Source: Escherichia phage KKE7M. Taken from it: DNA of 64,000 nt. Every line of letters begins with the position of its first letter. The first letter of the stretch is position 1. The stretch lies in sequence record PQ356295.1. One strand, written 5' to 3'. Positions 1 through 9,284 of the stretch are shown here, piece by piece. The translations under genes and the position numbers were made by a program. The notes under the pieces are model-generated. The model did no database searches. It was not told the origin of the DNA and worked only from the letters and a program-made list of their open reading frames with translations.

Positions 1-14
1 CACAAGAAAAAGTA

Positions 15-43
15 TTGACAGTCTCTGAAAAACTTGATAAAGT
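15..43 (+). promoter_or_regulatory. sigma70-like promoter (TTGACA-17 nt-TAAAGT)
   Basis: TTGACA at 15-20, 17-nt spacer, TAAAGT at 38-43, about 55 nt upstream of first ORF. Confidence 0.45.
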
Positions 44-99
44 ATCCTCTGATAATTAATCTATCATAAACCCCCTCAAGGGGGTTATTAGGAGGAGAT

Positions 100-528
100 A
101 TGTTACCAGTACCTGTAATATTTGTAGAAAAAGCCTACTACTCTTTAGAACAAAACTGTAAAAGAGCTAAAAATTTTATTGAAAGTTTAGCAGAACAACG
201 TTACACTGTATCTAAAAAGGGATGGTTTAGAAATTCACAATATTTAGTCAACCCTTTCGGAGAAGTTCGTGTGTTGTACGGCAACACAGAAAACATCTTA
301 GAAAGAATGTTAGAACTAGATAGGATCTCCTCCTGTGATTATCAACTGTTGAAATTTTACGATGTGTCAGAAAACATTAAAAACTTTCTTGACGATTTGT
401 CTAAACGAAAAACAGAAGAAGATACAATACCAGTATCTATGGAAGAATTAACGTTCTTAAGAGATATTATGGTTTTTGAAGAAAACCCTGAAATTACAAA
501 AGAGGAGATTTTAAGTAGTGGCAAATAA
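100..528 (+). CDS. hypothetical protein (142 aa)
   Basis: ORF with AGGAGG RBS 6 nt upstream of ATG; no recognisable motif. Confidence 0.6.
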   Translation: MLPVPVIFVEKAYYSLEQNCKRAKNFIESLAEQRYTVSKKGWFRNSQYLVNPFGEVRVLYGNTENILERMLELDRISSCDYQLLKFYDVSENIKNFLDDLSKRKTEEDTIPVSMEELTFLRDIMVFEENPEITKEEILSSGK

Positions 529-1027
529 GTATGATCGTCCACCAACTGATTACTATCCTACTCCACAAAAATGTATAAATGCATTATTTAGTGTAATAGA
601 TTTTAATAACCTTAAAGAAGAAGGTTTTATTTTTGCAGAACCGTGTAAAGGCGCTGCTGCTGCAATTTATCAACATTTTCCAGAAGGATCAGAATATTGT
701 GAGTTAGAAGAAGGGAAGGATTATTTTAACCACGAATGGCATACTAAGCCGGATATTATAATCACAAATCCACCATTCAGACTTGCACTTGAGTTCTTGC
801 AAAAGAGCTTAAAAGAAGCAGACGTTTGCATATACTTGTTGCGTCTTGGGTTCCTAGAGTCTATTAAACGAAGGGAATTCCATAAACAGAATCCACCAAC
901 AAATTTGATTGTTCTCTCTGAACGACCATCTTTTGTTGCAGGTGGCACTGACAAGACAGCATATGCTTGGTACGTCTACGACCCAAAAAACAGGCTGGGT
1001 TTAACTCAACCTTTCTATTTTGTTTAA
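518..1027 (+). CDS. putative phage DNA N6-adenine methyltransferase (small Dam-like)
   Basis: GTG start overlapping upstream stop with GAGGAG RBS; DYYPTP near N-terminus and IIITNPPF (motif IV-like NPPF) preceded by EPCKGAAAA. Confidence 0.5.
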   Translation: MANKYDRPPTDYYPTPQKCINALFSVIDFNNLKEEGFIFAEPCKGAAAAIYQHFPEGSEYCELEEGKDYFNHEWHTKPDIIITNPPFRLALEFLQKSLKEADVCIYLLRLGFLESIKRREFHKQNPPTNLIVLSERPSFVAGGTDKTAYAWYVYDPKNRLGLTQPFYFV

Positions 1028-1040
1028 GAGGAGCATTTTT

Positions 1041-1271
1041 ATGACCGAGAAATTTATTGTTACTATGGAACTCACCTTTGATGAAGAAGATTTTGATCTT
1101 CACGTATCAACTAAAGCAGATAACATTCACACAACACAGAGTGTTGCAATCGCTATGTTCTTTAAACAAGCAATTGCAAAACAAGCTGAAGTGTGTGCTG
1201 GTTTAGCTGTAGAGTATGCAGAAGTTGTCAAGGTTCTTGAAAATGCTCGTAACAACGATTGGGAAGAATAA
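1041..1271 (+). CDS. hypothetical protein (76 aa)
   Basis: ATG 21 nt inside listed ORF, preceded by AGAGGAG RBS. Confidence 0.55.
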   Translation: MTEKFIVTMELTFDEEDFDLHVSTKADNIHTTQSVAIAMFFKQAIAKQAEVCAGLAVEYAEVVKVLENARNNDWEE

Positions 1272-1474
1272 TGGCATACAATTACTATCTGGTATATTTT
1301 AACGAAACTAAGAAAAAAGACACAGGGACTAATGTTTATGCGGAATCCGAAGAACACGCAAAAGCTATTGGTTCAGTGCTTCTTTCTAGAATAGCAGGTG
1401 AAGAAATTCCTGTAGAAGCTATCTTTGCAGAAGTTGATCCTGGTATTCAAGAAGATGATATTACCACTACTTAA
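1271..1474 (+). CDS. hypothetical protein (67 aa)
   Basis: ATG overlapping upstream stop (TAATGG); coupled translation. Confidence 0.5.
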   Translation: MAYNYYLVYFNETKKKDTGTNVYAESEEHAKAIGSVLLSRIAGEEIPVEAIFAEVDPGIQEDDITTT

Positions 1475-1531
1475 CTGTTGACTTTAACGTTAAGGTAGTG
1501 CATACTTCCTGTAACAGAACAGGAGGGTATT

Positions 1532-2194
1532 ATGAAGTTTGTACTGTATCATCGACTTTCTAAGAAGAAACAACAAGGCAACCAGTATGGTATAGAATCA
1601 CAGGAAGCAGATATCCAACGCTTCCTGGATTCACAAGAAAATTATACTATTGTAGGTAGCTTTGCAGAGTTTTATTCTGGTAAAGGCGATTGGAAGCAAC
1701 GTAGAGAGCTTGTAAAAGCTGTTAATCTTTGCAAAGAAACAGGTGCTACACTTGTTGTTGCTAAGGTTGACCGTCTTGGACGTAACACAGCTTCTGTTGC
1801 AACCTTGTTAGAGATGATTAATGTACGAATAGCAACGATGCCCTCCGCTGAAAATATGATAATAAATATTTTAGCAGTTCTGGCAGAAGAAGAGGCTCGT
1901 GCAATATCGGATCGTGTTAAGAAGAGCCTTAAGGTAGCAAAAGCGAAGGGAACGCTTCTTGGTGCAGCAAACCCTAAATACAAAAGAACAGATTATACGA
2001 AAACGGAAGAAGCAAAACGCTCAAAAGAGTTTGCGCTTTCTTTAAAAGATTCTTTAGTTGCATACAGGGCTTGTAAAACGCCATATATGACGATTGCAAA
2101 GCATCTGAATGAATCAGGAAAGAGAACTATTCGTGGGAGTTTGTTCGATGCCAAAGCGGTACAACGTCTTTGTGCAAAATTGAATATTAAATAA
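1532..2194 (+). CDS. small serine recombinase (resolvase/invertase family)
   Basis: N-terminal YHRLSKKKQ with candidate catalytic Ser, VVAKVDRLGRN resolvase core motif, C-terminal HTH-like segment; AGGAGG RBS. Confidence 0.75.
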   Translation: MKFVLYHRLSKKKQQGNQYGIESQEADIQRFLDSQENYTIVGSFAEFYSGKGDWKQRRELVKAVNLCKETGATLVVAKVDRLGRNTASVATLLEMINVRIATMPSAENMIINILAVLAEEEARAISDRVKKSLKVAKAKGTLLGAANPKYKRTDYTKTEEAKRSKEFALSLKDSLVAYRACKTPYMTIAKHLNESGKRTIRGSLFDAKAVQRLCAKLNIK

Positions 2195-2203
2195 GGAGGA
2201 AAC

Positions 2204-2407
2204 ATGGCAGTTCAATCTTTTGAGGAGACTGTTAAAAAACAATTCCTATCGAAGCGAGCGATGGTTGAATTTTTGCATTTTCTCGAAGTAGATAGGGTAC
2301 TTATTGAGACTACACCAGATGGTAACTGGCAAGTCTCGTATATTGCCACCAGGCATATCGTAGACAGTACGAAAGAAGAAATTTCGGAAGTTACGGTTGC
2401 TAGTTAA
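2204..2407 (+). CDS. hypothetical protein (67 aa)
   Basis: AAGGAGG RBS 5 nt upstream. Confidence 0.55.
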   Translation: MAVQSFEETVKKQFLSKRAMVEFLHFLEVDRVLIETTPDGNWQVSYIATRHIVDSTKEEISEVTVAS

Positions 2408-2418
2408 AGGAGTTAAAT

Positions 2419-2991
2419 ATGCGTTTAGCTTTTAACGGGAAGATAAGCACAGCAAACATATTATCAGCAATAGGATTATTAGGTAAAAAATTCACACCTT
2501 TCAGTTTACCCGTTTGTGTAGATTTTGATCATGTATTTGATATTAATAATCCTTCACGTTGTATCGCCAGAAGTAATATTGATAACCCAAGTGAAAATCT
2601 GTTTTATATTACTAAACCATCCCAAGCAATTTTGAATCAATGGGAAGCAGGTCTGATTAAACCAGGTAAATATTTTGCATTACTACCTTGTAAATCATTG
2701 GCTATAGAGGACAGTCTAAACTATGCAAACAATCTTATTGTTACAGCATTCATTGTCTCAGAAAAAGAAGAAACTGCGGCACTTGCAAACACTGTTAAAT
2801 CTTTGTATGATTCTTTGGGTGTTACTTACACTACATTCGTTTGTGAAGATATTCCTCATTGCGTTGAATTTGTAGTAAATGGTGTAACTGTATGTCGTGT
2901 AGAAACAACGCAAGATGAGGACGTTTTTATTACTGTAGCCGATGTAATATCTGAACCTGTGTTTAGTTACGCAGTTTCATTAACACATTAA
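2419..2991 (+). CDS. hypothetical protein (190 aa)
   Basis: AAAGGAG RBS; no motif recognised. Confidence 0.6.
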   Translation: MRLAFNGKISTANILSAIGLLGKKFTPFSLPVCVDFDHVFDINNPSRCIARSNIDNPSENLFYITKPSQAILNQWEAGLIKPGKYFALLPCKSLAIEDSLNYANNLIVTAFIVSEKEETAALANTVKSLYDSLGVTYTTFVCEDIPHCVEFVVNGVTVCRVETTQDEDVFITVADVISEPVFSYAVSLTH

Positions 2992-3001
2992 GGAGAAGGG
3001 G

Positions 3002-3328
3002 ATGAAAATAACGACAGAACAGGCTTTAATAGACAAAGGAAGGGAAATCTTAGAAAGTCATTTGGAGGATATTCAAAGGACTCCAGGGTATCTCGGCTGG
3101 CGTATACAAGAAGCCGTCGATTTTCTACCCCGAAAAAATAAAGAGATTGAGGTAAGATCTCTATTCCTCCTTGTTAAAGTAGATGGTGACGCTATATACA
3201 AAGATGTAGCGTCTCACATTGAACAAATAGAAGAAAAAGCCTACAAAGAATTTGCAGATCTTGTTGTAGAACATAATATAGAAGGTAAAGTTAATATCTT
3301 TATACTTATGGATTTTGAGGAGAATTGA
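3002..3328 (+). CDS. hypothetical protein (108 aa)
   Basis: AAGGAGAAGGGG RBS directly upstream. Confidence 0.6.
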   Translation: MKITTEQALIDKGREILESHLEDIQRTPGYLGWRIQEAVDFLPRKNKEIEVRSLFLLVKVDGDAIYKDVASHIEQIEEKAYKEFADLVVEHNIEGKVNIFILMDFEEN

Positions 3329-4071
3329 TGCTAGTATATCAAGAAATTAGTGTAAAAGATGATCAAGACCTGTTTATTATTGGTGATTTACATGGTTGCT
3401 TTGATTTGTACCAGAAAGGTGTTAATACTTTAGGTATCCGAGATCAAGATGTTGTTGTATCTTTAGGAGATCTTACAGATCGCGGCAAGCAGAATTTTCG
3501 TTGTACCGTTGAATTCACCAGAAAGCTAAATCGCTATGGTATTCGTGGAAATCACGAAGATATGATGATTAAAGGGTTGCTAGAAGGTGATAGACGATAT
3601 TACGAATGTTGGTTTCAGAACGGAGGCCATACAGTTCTAAATGAGTGTGGAGAAGAAGGTGCAACTGCTCTTGCTTTGATGCTAGAAGACTTACCTGTTG
3701 TACTTGTTGTCAATTATCGTAATATGAAACTAGGCTTTATTCACGGAGGATATCCTTCAGTTTTGGAACATCTGCCAGTGACGGAAGTTTTGCCATTTTG
3801 TTCGAATATGAATAAAGAACAAGTATCTCGATTCACAGAATCTTTAATGTGGGATCGTGATATGATAGATTGCGCCCTTGAAGGGATTCTTCTTCCTAGA
3901 GTTTCAGGAGTAGATTATGTATTTCACGGGCATTCTTATGTTCCTAAACCTGTGATTAGCAGTAATAGGGTATATATGGATACAGGATCTTGCTTCAATG
4001 GTAATTTAACCTTTGCATATTTTGATGATTCAAATACGTTACAATTTTATTCTACTTTAGAGGAGGACTAA
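3328..4071 (+). CDS. calcineurin-like metallophosphoesterase (Ser/Thr phosphatase-like)
   Basis: GDLHG, GDLTDRG and GNHE motifs in canonical order; GAGGAG RBS. Confidence 0.8.
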   Translation: MLVYQEISVKDDQDLFIIGDLHGCFDLYQKGVNTLGIRDQDVVVSLGDLTDRGKQNFRCTVEFTRKLNRYGIRGNHEDMMIKGLLEGDRRYYECWFQNGGHTVLNECGEEGATALALMLEDLPVVLVVNYRNMKLGFIHGGYPSVLEHLPVTEVLPFCSNMNKEQVSRFTESLMWDRDMIDCALEGILLPRVSGVDYVFHGHSYVPKPVISSNRVYMDTGSCFNGNLTFAYFDDSNTLQFYSTLEED

Positions 4072-4391
4072 TGTATAAAGTCACAATTAAAGAGACGGTA
4101 GGGAATATTACGAAAGAAACTACTATTGAAACAGAAGATGTTGAGTTAGTCAAAGAGCTTTTATTTCCAAAACCAGAAATAAAAGATAATGACGAACAGT
4201 TGGATGAAGATAATGAGACAGCAAGGGATAAATGGAAGAAACAACTAGCGGAGATTTGGAAAAAGCCTCAAGTAACGCCTCCATTTGATCCTCGTACACC
4301 TTATAATCCCTGGGAAATTGGAAGCCCTTGGTATACGTATCCTATTACTCCAATTGTTACTCCTAATATTATTCCCAATATTACTTGTTAA
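4071..4391 (+). CDS. hypothetical protein, Pro-rich C-terminus (106 aa)
   Basis: ATG overlaps upstream stop (TAATG); GGAGGA RBS. Confidence 0.55.
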   Translation: MYKVTIKETVGNITKETTIETEDVELVKELLFPKPEIKDNDEQLDEDNETARDKWKKQLAEIWKKPQVTPPFDPRTPYNPWEIGSPWYTYPITPIVTPNIIPNITC

Positions 4392-4401
4392 GGAGAAAAC
4401 C

Positions 4402-4980
4402 ATGAGCGATTTATTCTACACAGGTGTTGGTAGCAGAGACATTACAGACGAAGAATGGGACACTATGGTAGCTGTTGCAAAATGGTTATCTACATGGTTC
4501 ATTTTGCGATCTGGTAAAGCAGAAGGTGCAGATTCCGCATTTGAATGCGGGGTATATGATAGTGGAAACAATACAAAGAAAGAAATATACATTCCTTGGC
4601 CTTCGTTTAAAGGTAATGAGATAGAGGGAGAGGTTATTGTTCTTGACAGACCCGATAGTGTAAACTATGCTCTAACTTTGCAATATGCAAAAGAATTGCA
4701 TCCAGCTTGGGACAGATTATCTCAAGGTGCTAAAAAATTACATCAAAGAAATATCCACCAAGTTCTTGGCAGAGATCTTGAGAATCCAAAACCATCTTGT
4801 TTTCTTTTAGCTTGTGCAAATACAGATAAGAATGGAGATCCTTTAGGTGGTACAAGAACAGCTTGGATGTTGGCTAAAAAGTTTAATGTTCCTTGTTTTA
4901 ATATTCGAGGTAAAAGTAAAAAACAAATCTTCGAATTTATTAAACCTATTTTAGAGGAGAATGGTCTTGTCCAGAAATAA
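4402..4980 (+). CDS. SLOG-superfamily (DprA/Smf-like Rossmann fold) protein
   Basis: GVGSRDIT ... LRSGKAEGADSAFE resembles the DprA/SLOG nucleotide-binding motif; AAGGAGAA RBS; start trimmed from listed ORF to internal ATG. Confidence 0.5.
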   Translation: MSDLFYTGVGSRDITDEEWDTMVAVAKWLSTWFILRSGKAEGADSAFECGVYDSGNNTKKEIYIPWPSFKGNEIEGEVIVLDRPDSVNYALTLQYAKELHPAWDRLSQGAKKLHQRNIHQVLGRDLENPKPSCFLLACANTDKNGDPLGGTRTAWMLAKKFNVPCFNIRGKSKKQIFEFIKPILEENGLVQK

Positions 4981-5485
4981 TATAAGTGTCATTAAAGATA
5001 GCTTTATTGATGTAACAAACGATATTGTACCTACAATACAATATATAGTTGAGGCACAAGGTTTAAACTTCATACGTGATAAAGTTAAGATTGTTTTTCA
5101 TAACACTCCAGGTTTTGTAATAGTAGGTTCAACAGAAACGATGTATCCTACAGATCTGATCACTTTAGACAAAAACTTAACACAAGAAGAAGTAGAAATT
5201 CTTAACCTCTATTGGTTAGGTTTTAAAAGATATGAGGATACAGCTTTATCCCGAATGTCAACTATTTTAGCTAATATTCTGGTGCGGAAAATTTCTAAAA
5301 TATGGGATGAAGAAAACCCAGATGAAATAATTTTACACTTTGCTAAACCGGAAGACGGGGCATATGATATAGACACATCTGAAATGGCTTATGGGTTTAT
5401 TATTTCTGGTAATGTATTACAGATGGAATCTTTATTGTATGTTGAGACAGTAAAACACAATAACAATTACGAGGAGGTTGTATGA
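4961..5485 (+). CDS. hypothetical protein (174 aa)
   Basis: ORF overlapping upstream 3-prime end; GAGGAGAA upstream. Confidence 0.55.
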   Translation: MVLSRNNISVIKDSFIDVTNDIVPTIQYIVEAQGLNFIRDKVKIVFHNTPGFVIVGSTETMYPTDLITLDKNLTQEEVEILNLYWLGFKRYEDTALSRMSTILANILVRKISKIWDEENPDEIILHFAKPEDGAYDIDTSEMAYGFIISGNVLQMESLLYVETVKHNNNYEEVV

Positions 5486-5739
5486 AAGGTTTAGAGTTTA
5501 ACTTTGTAGATGCGTGGGAAGGATGGGATGAACTAGGAGTAGGGGATTTATGTTTTTATGATGTTACCTTGAAGGAAGAATACAAACATCTAGCTCCTAG
5601 TGAAGATTGCGATGTGATTCTATCTATTCTATTAAGTCAGTCTATAGTGCAATTCGATTTCTTAAAAGGTAGTGAATGTATTGAAAGTAAAGCATTCCGT
5701 TTGGAAGTTTCTCTTGGTGAAGAAATTCCTGTAGAATAA
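5482..5739 (+). CDS. hypothetical protein (85 aa)
   Basis: GAGGAGG RBS; ATGA overlap with upstream gene. Confidence 0.55.
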   Translation: MKGLEFNFVDAWEGWDELGVGDLCFYDVTLKEEYKHLAPSEDCDVILSILLSQSIVQFDFLKGSECIESKAFRLEVSLGEEIPVE

Positions 5740-5743
5740 TATA

Positions 5744-5766
5744 AACCCGCTTCGGCGGGTTTTTTG
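5744..5766 (+). terminator. rho-independent terminator
   Basis: ACCCGC-TTCG-GCGGGT hairpin followed by TTTTTG. Confidence 0.7.
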
Positions 5767-5795
5767 TTGACAACACCAGTTTTTTCGAATAAACT
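5767..5795 (+). promoter_or_regulatory. sigma70-like promoter (TTGACA-17-TAAACT)
   Basis: TTGACA immediately after terminator, 17-nt spacer, TAAACT; 26 nt upstream of next RBS. Confidence 0.5.
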
Positions 5796-5821
5796 ACAGA
5801 AAAACAGAAGAGGAGATTAGC

Positions 5822-6235
5822 ATGTACTATAGTGACTATTTTGTAAACCCAACAAAAGAACAACTTCAATCGGCAGTGGATAAGATGCAGATTGTAGTTA
5901 AAGAATGTGAGAAAATAAGAAAACAACTACAAGAAGAAACTGTTGTTGTTAATAAATGGTTTGGTCTTAGAAAGAAGGTTGTTAGTAAACACAATATCAT
6001 CCTTGAAAAAGCAAAAACGACAGGGACTAGTTACGCCTTACAAGGCTTGTTGCTAAATTACATTGATATAGAACAACATTCTCTTCTGCACTGTTGGCTT
6101 CACAGTCCTAGTATTGAGGATCTCTTGTTCTGGTTGTCGTGTGAATCTGTACTTTTAAACGAAAATGAGGCTTACCGTTTAAACTTCTGCCTTAAGGCAG
6201 AGTTACCAGCTAGTGTTAAGGAGAAGAAGCAATAA
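5822..6235 (+). CDS. hypothetical protein (137 aa)
   Basis: AGAGGAG RBS 6 nt upstream. Confidence 0.6.
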   Translation: MYYSDYFVNPTKEQLQSAVDKMQIVVKECEKIRKQLQEETVVVNKWFGLRKKVVSKHNIILEKAKTTGTSYALQGLLLNYIDIEQHSLLHCWLHSPSIEDLLFWLSCESVLLNENEAYRLNFCLKAELPASVKEKKQ

Positions 6236-7224
6236 TGAAAGTTTTAAGTCTTTTTGATGGTATGTCAGGAGGAATGCTTGCACTAAAAAGCGCAGGTATT
6301 GAAGTAGATAAGTATTATGCCTCAGAATTGGACAAATTTGCCATAGCTGAAAGCCAAGCCAATTTTCCAGATATTATTCAATTAGGTGATGTTACAAAAT
6401 GGAGAGAATGGGATATCCCGTGGGGAGAAATTGATCTTTTGTTAGGTGGTAGCCCGTGCCAAGGCTTCTCTTCTTCTGGTAAGGGTTTGAACTTTCAAGA
6501 TCCGCGATCTAAACTGTTCTTTGAATATGTTGAAATTCTTGAACATATTAAAAAGTTTAACCCTAATGTTAAGTTCATGCTTGAAAACGTTAAGATGAAG
6601 GTGGAGTGGGAAAACGTGATCACAAGTTACTTAGGTGTTGATCCCGTATTCATTAACTCCGCAGATTTCACGGCACAGAATAGGCAACGTTTATACTGGT
6701 GCAATTGGGAAATAAAACCTTGGGATATTACCAATGAAGTGTTGCAAGATATCATTGAAGATGATAGTATCGTAGACAGAGATAAGGCTTATTGCATAGA
6801 TGCAAATTATGCCAAAGGTGGTAATATAGAACAGTATTTTGAAAAGAGTCGCAGACAACTGGTTTTTTATCCGGCAGCAATATATGGGCGTAGAATTAAT
6901 GAAAATGGCAAACGTAGTACATCTAAAACTGATCGTTTGGTACATTGTTTGGAAGTTCAGGACAGTGAAAAAACTCGTTGCCTCACGACTGTGCCTAAAG
7001 ACGTACTACTAGCTTACATTCCACCTGGAAGATATCTAGATGCCTTTGAAAAATTGAGTGAAGGCGTACATTATAGAAAGTTAACGGTTAAAGAGTGTTG
7101 CCGCTTACAAGGTGTTCCAGATGATTACTTTAAAGTGAGTAGTAACACACAAGCATATAAGATGTTAGGCAATGGTTGGACTATACCTGTCATTGCGCAT
7201 ATTCTTAAATCTATGGAGGAATAA
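6235..7224 (+). CDS. DNA (cytosine-5)-methyltransferase
   Basis: Motif I LFDGMSGG, motif IV GGSPCQGFS, motif VI FMLENVK in canonical order; AAGGAGAAG RBS. Confidence 0.9.
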   Translation: MKVLSLFDGMSGGMLALKSAGIEVDKYYASELDKFAIAESQANFPDIIQLGDVTKWREWDIPWGEIDLLLGGSPCQGFSSSGKGLNFQDPRSKLFFEYVEILEHIKKFNPNVKFMLENVKMKVEWENVITSYLGVDPVFINSADFTAQNRQRLYWCNWEIKPWDITNEVLQDIIEDDSIVDRDKAYCIDANYAKGGNIEQYFEKSRRQLVFYPAAIYGRRINENGKRSTSKTDRLVHCLEVQDSEKTRCLTTVPKDVLLAYIPPGRYLDAFEKLSEGVHYRKLTVKECCRLQGVPDDYFKVSSNTQAYKMLGNGWTIPVIAHILKSMEE

Positions 7225-7346
7225 TGGAAACATTGTGGAAAGGCTGGAAGACTGCTCTGATAGCTTTTATAATTCCATTAACTTTTCTTGGTTGGTGTTT
7301 TTGGGAATTTATCTTTTGGGTAATTTCCCATATACATTGGGGGTAA
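7224..7346 (+). CDS. small hydrophobic protein (40 aa)
   Basis: ATG overlapping the methyltransferase stop (TAATGG), single predicted TM helix, stop 1 nt before next ATG; not in ORF track (<60 aa). Confidence 0.35.
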   Translation: METLWKGWKTALIAFIIPLTFLGWCFWEFIFWVISHIHWG

Positions 7347-7347
7347 T

Positions 7348-7959
7348 ATGACTCAAAAAGTTGCATATCAAGTAGATCGTGAAGATGGTGAAGGTAGCGT
7401 TGTAGTTTTTGATACACATGGTCTTGCAGCAAGACGCAGAGGCGCTTGTCTATTGGACATTGGTGGTGAAGATGAATACTGCACTGTACGTAGAGTAAAA
7501 GAATTTGATCAATACGCTGAAAAAGGTTTTGTACCTGCAAAAGCACTATTAGAAGCTGGATGGTGGATACCTAGTGCACATGATTATGATATTTTGGAAT
7601 CAGATACAGACGAGTTTAACAGTGAAAATTTTGTTTTCTCTCTGGATGAAAAATGCGTTTGGAAAGATTGGGATGAAATGGAACGCCATGCTTATTTTAT
7701 AAACGAAGCATTAGATCGTAAAACTTGGTTTGAAAATACAGTTAAAGCAGCGTATCCTCAATTTACTTTTACAGAGTTTTGGGGTGGCCCACACCATATT
7801 ACTCATGTGGCATACTTCGAGTTCCCAGGCTCACGCTATAAAGGTACTGTCTACTGGGATTGGGACGAGGACAAAGAACCTTCTGCTCAAGACTTCCGTT
7901 GCTATGTTTGTCAAGGTGATCAAGAAGCCCTTGACAAGTACCTTAAAAGTCTGGTATAA
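7348..7959 (+). CDS. hypothetical protein (203 aa)
   Basis: ORF tightly packed after upstream gene; no motif recognised. Confidence 0.6.
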   Translation: MTQKVAYQVDREDGEGSVVVFDTHGLAARRRGACLLDIGGEDEYCTVRRVKEFDQYAEKGFVPAKALLEAGWWIPSAHDYDILESDTDEFNSENFVFSLDEKCVWKDWDEMERHAYFINEALDRKTWFENTVKAAYPQFTFTEFWGGPHHITHVAYFEFPGSRYKGTVYWDWDEDKEPSAQDFRCYVCQGDQEALDKYLKSLV

Positions 7960-7976
7960 TCCGTAAAACTTAACCA

Positions 7977-8000
7977 AAGCCCCAAGCAGGGGCTTTATTT
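7977..8000 (+). terminator. rho-independent terminator
   Basis: AGCCCC-AAGC-AGGGGCT hairpin followed by TTATTT. Confidence 0.65.
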
Positions 8001-8013
8001 GTCTGGAGGATAT

Positions 8014-8547
8014 ATGGGTTTTGATGACATGTTATTATATGAGGAGGCTTGTGTGAAAGAAGCTATGGCTTTACCAGTTTTATCTATTGATATTACAACA
8101 GTAGACACTTTTTCAGATTGTGAAACGTGTGGATCGTATTCATCTATTGTACATGAAGTCAGTGGGGATTTAGGCACTTACGAAGATGGAGATTATGCAA
8201 GTTGTTTAGGTGATAATCGAGATGGTGAAGTGGCGAATGTTGCAAACTGGATCGCTTCTAAGTTAAAAGAAAGAAATCGTCCGTTCCCTAATCTTCTTAC
8301 ACCAGAATCTATGCTTAAAGCTGAACAAGAGATGGATGACTATGGTTATAAAGTAGATTATGACTATAATGATCCTACTTATAAAAAATTGAGTGACAAG
8401 TATTGGGAACTAGCTAATGCTTATGATAAATACTACTCTACAGAAAACATTGTTAAATTATTTTTAGATTTTGGAGTAGAAATTAATTGGGATTTCGAAG
8501 AGGAAGAGCGTTACGATGCATCTTATTGGGAGGACGAGGGTGAATGA
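8014..8547 (+). CDS. hypothetical acidic protein (177 aa)
   Basis: GGAGGA RBS before internal ATG of listed ORF. Confidence 0.55.
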   Translation: MGFDDMLLYEEACVKEAMALPVLSIDITTVDTFSDCETCGSYSSIVHEVSGDLGTYEDGDYASCLGDNRDGEVANVANWIASKLKERNRPFPNLLTPESMLKAEQEMDDYGYKVDYDYNDPTYKKLSDKYWELANAYDKYYSTENIVKLFLDFGVEINWDFEEEERYDASYWEDEGE

Positions 8548-9284
8548 TAGAACGAAAACCCTTACCAGATAGAGATTACTTGTTATCAAGGTTTAGTGTG
8601 GAGAATGGTCGTCTTGTTTGGAAACCTAAACCTTCTACAACAAAAGAGAACAAAAGGTGGAATAGCAGATACGCAGGGAAGATTGCAGGGACTATTGATA
8701 AAGTTGGTTACTCTCATGTCAAAATAGATGGTATTGTATATTTGGAGCACAGAATTTGTTTTAAAATGTATCATAATTACTGTCCAGATGTTATAGACCA
8801 TGACGACGGCAATAAACTTAATAATGCGGAAAGTAATTTATTGGATAGTAACTATTTATTAAATAATAACAATAGACACGTAGATGGGTTAGAAGGTATT
8901 TATGAAAAGGATGGTGTTTTTCTTTGGGTTATAAACTACAACCAAGAAACTTTCTCTGTTTCAGGTTTCAAAACTAAAGAGGAAGCTACTGTAGCTAGAG
9001 CTTTAGCAAAACAAGAAATTTTGAAAGGATCTTATATCAAAAAAGAAAAGAAGCGTATAGATAACACTTCAGGATTAAGTTGTGTGTTTGTGGCAACAAG
9101 AGAGAGAACATTCTTTTTCAAGTTTGTGTTTGACAAGACCGCTTATTGCAAATATGGTTTCAACGATCCAGAGAGATGTGCTATAGCTCTGGAGAAGTTA
9201 AGGTTGAAGGTGATGAAAGAAAAATATAAACCTGCAAATAAAAGCATTTGCGAAAAATATAAGGAGGAGATTTATGCCGCGTAG
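8544..9284 (+). CDS. HNH homing endonuclease-like protein
   Basis: YLEHRICFKMYHNYCPDVIDHDDGNKLNN matches the HNH_3-type motif (H..DH.DGNK.NN) typical of phage homing endonucleases. Confidence 0.7.
   Translation: MIERKPLPDRDYLLSRFSVENGRLVWKPKPSTTKENKRWNSRYAGKIAGTIDKVGYSHVKIDGIVYLEHRICFKMYHNYCPDVIDHDDGNKLNNAESNLLDSNYLLNNNNRHVDGLEGIYEKDGVFLWVINYNQETFSVSGFKTKEEATVARALAKQEILKGSYIKKEKKRIDNTSGLSCVFVATRERTFFFKFVFDKTAYCKYGFNDPERCAIALEKLRLKVMKEKYKPANKSICEKYKEEIYAA

Noticed and set aside
1532-2194. Serine recombinase as part of an IS element or transposon
   Set aside because: No flanking terminal inverted repeats or target-site duplications recognised; surrounding genes are contiguous phage-type ORFs.
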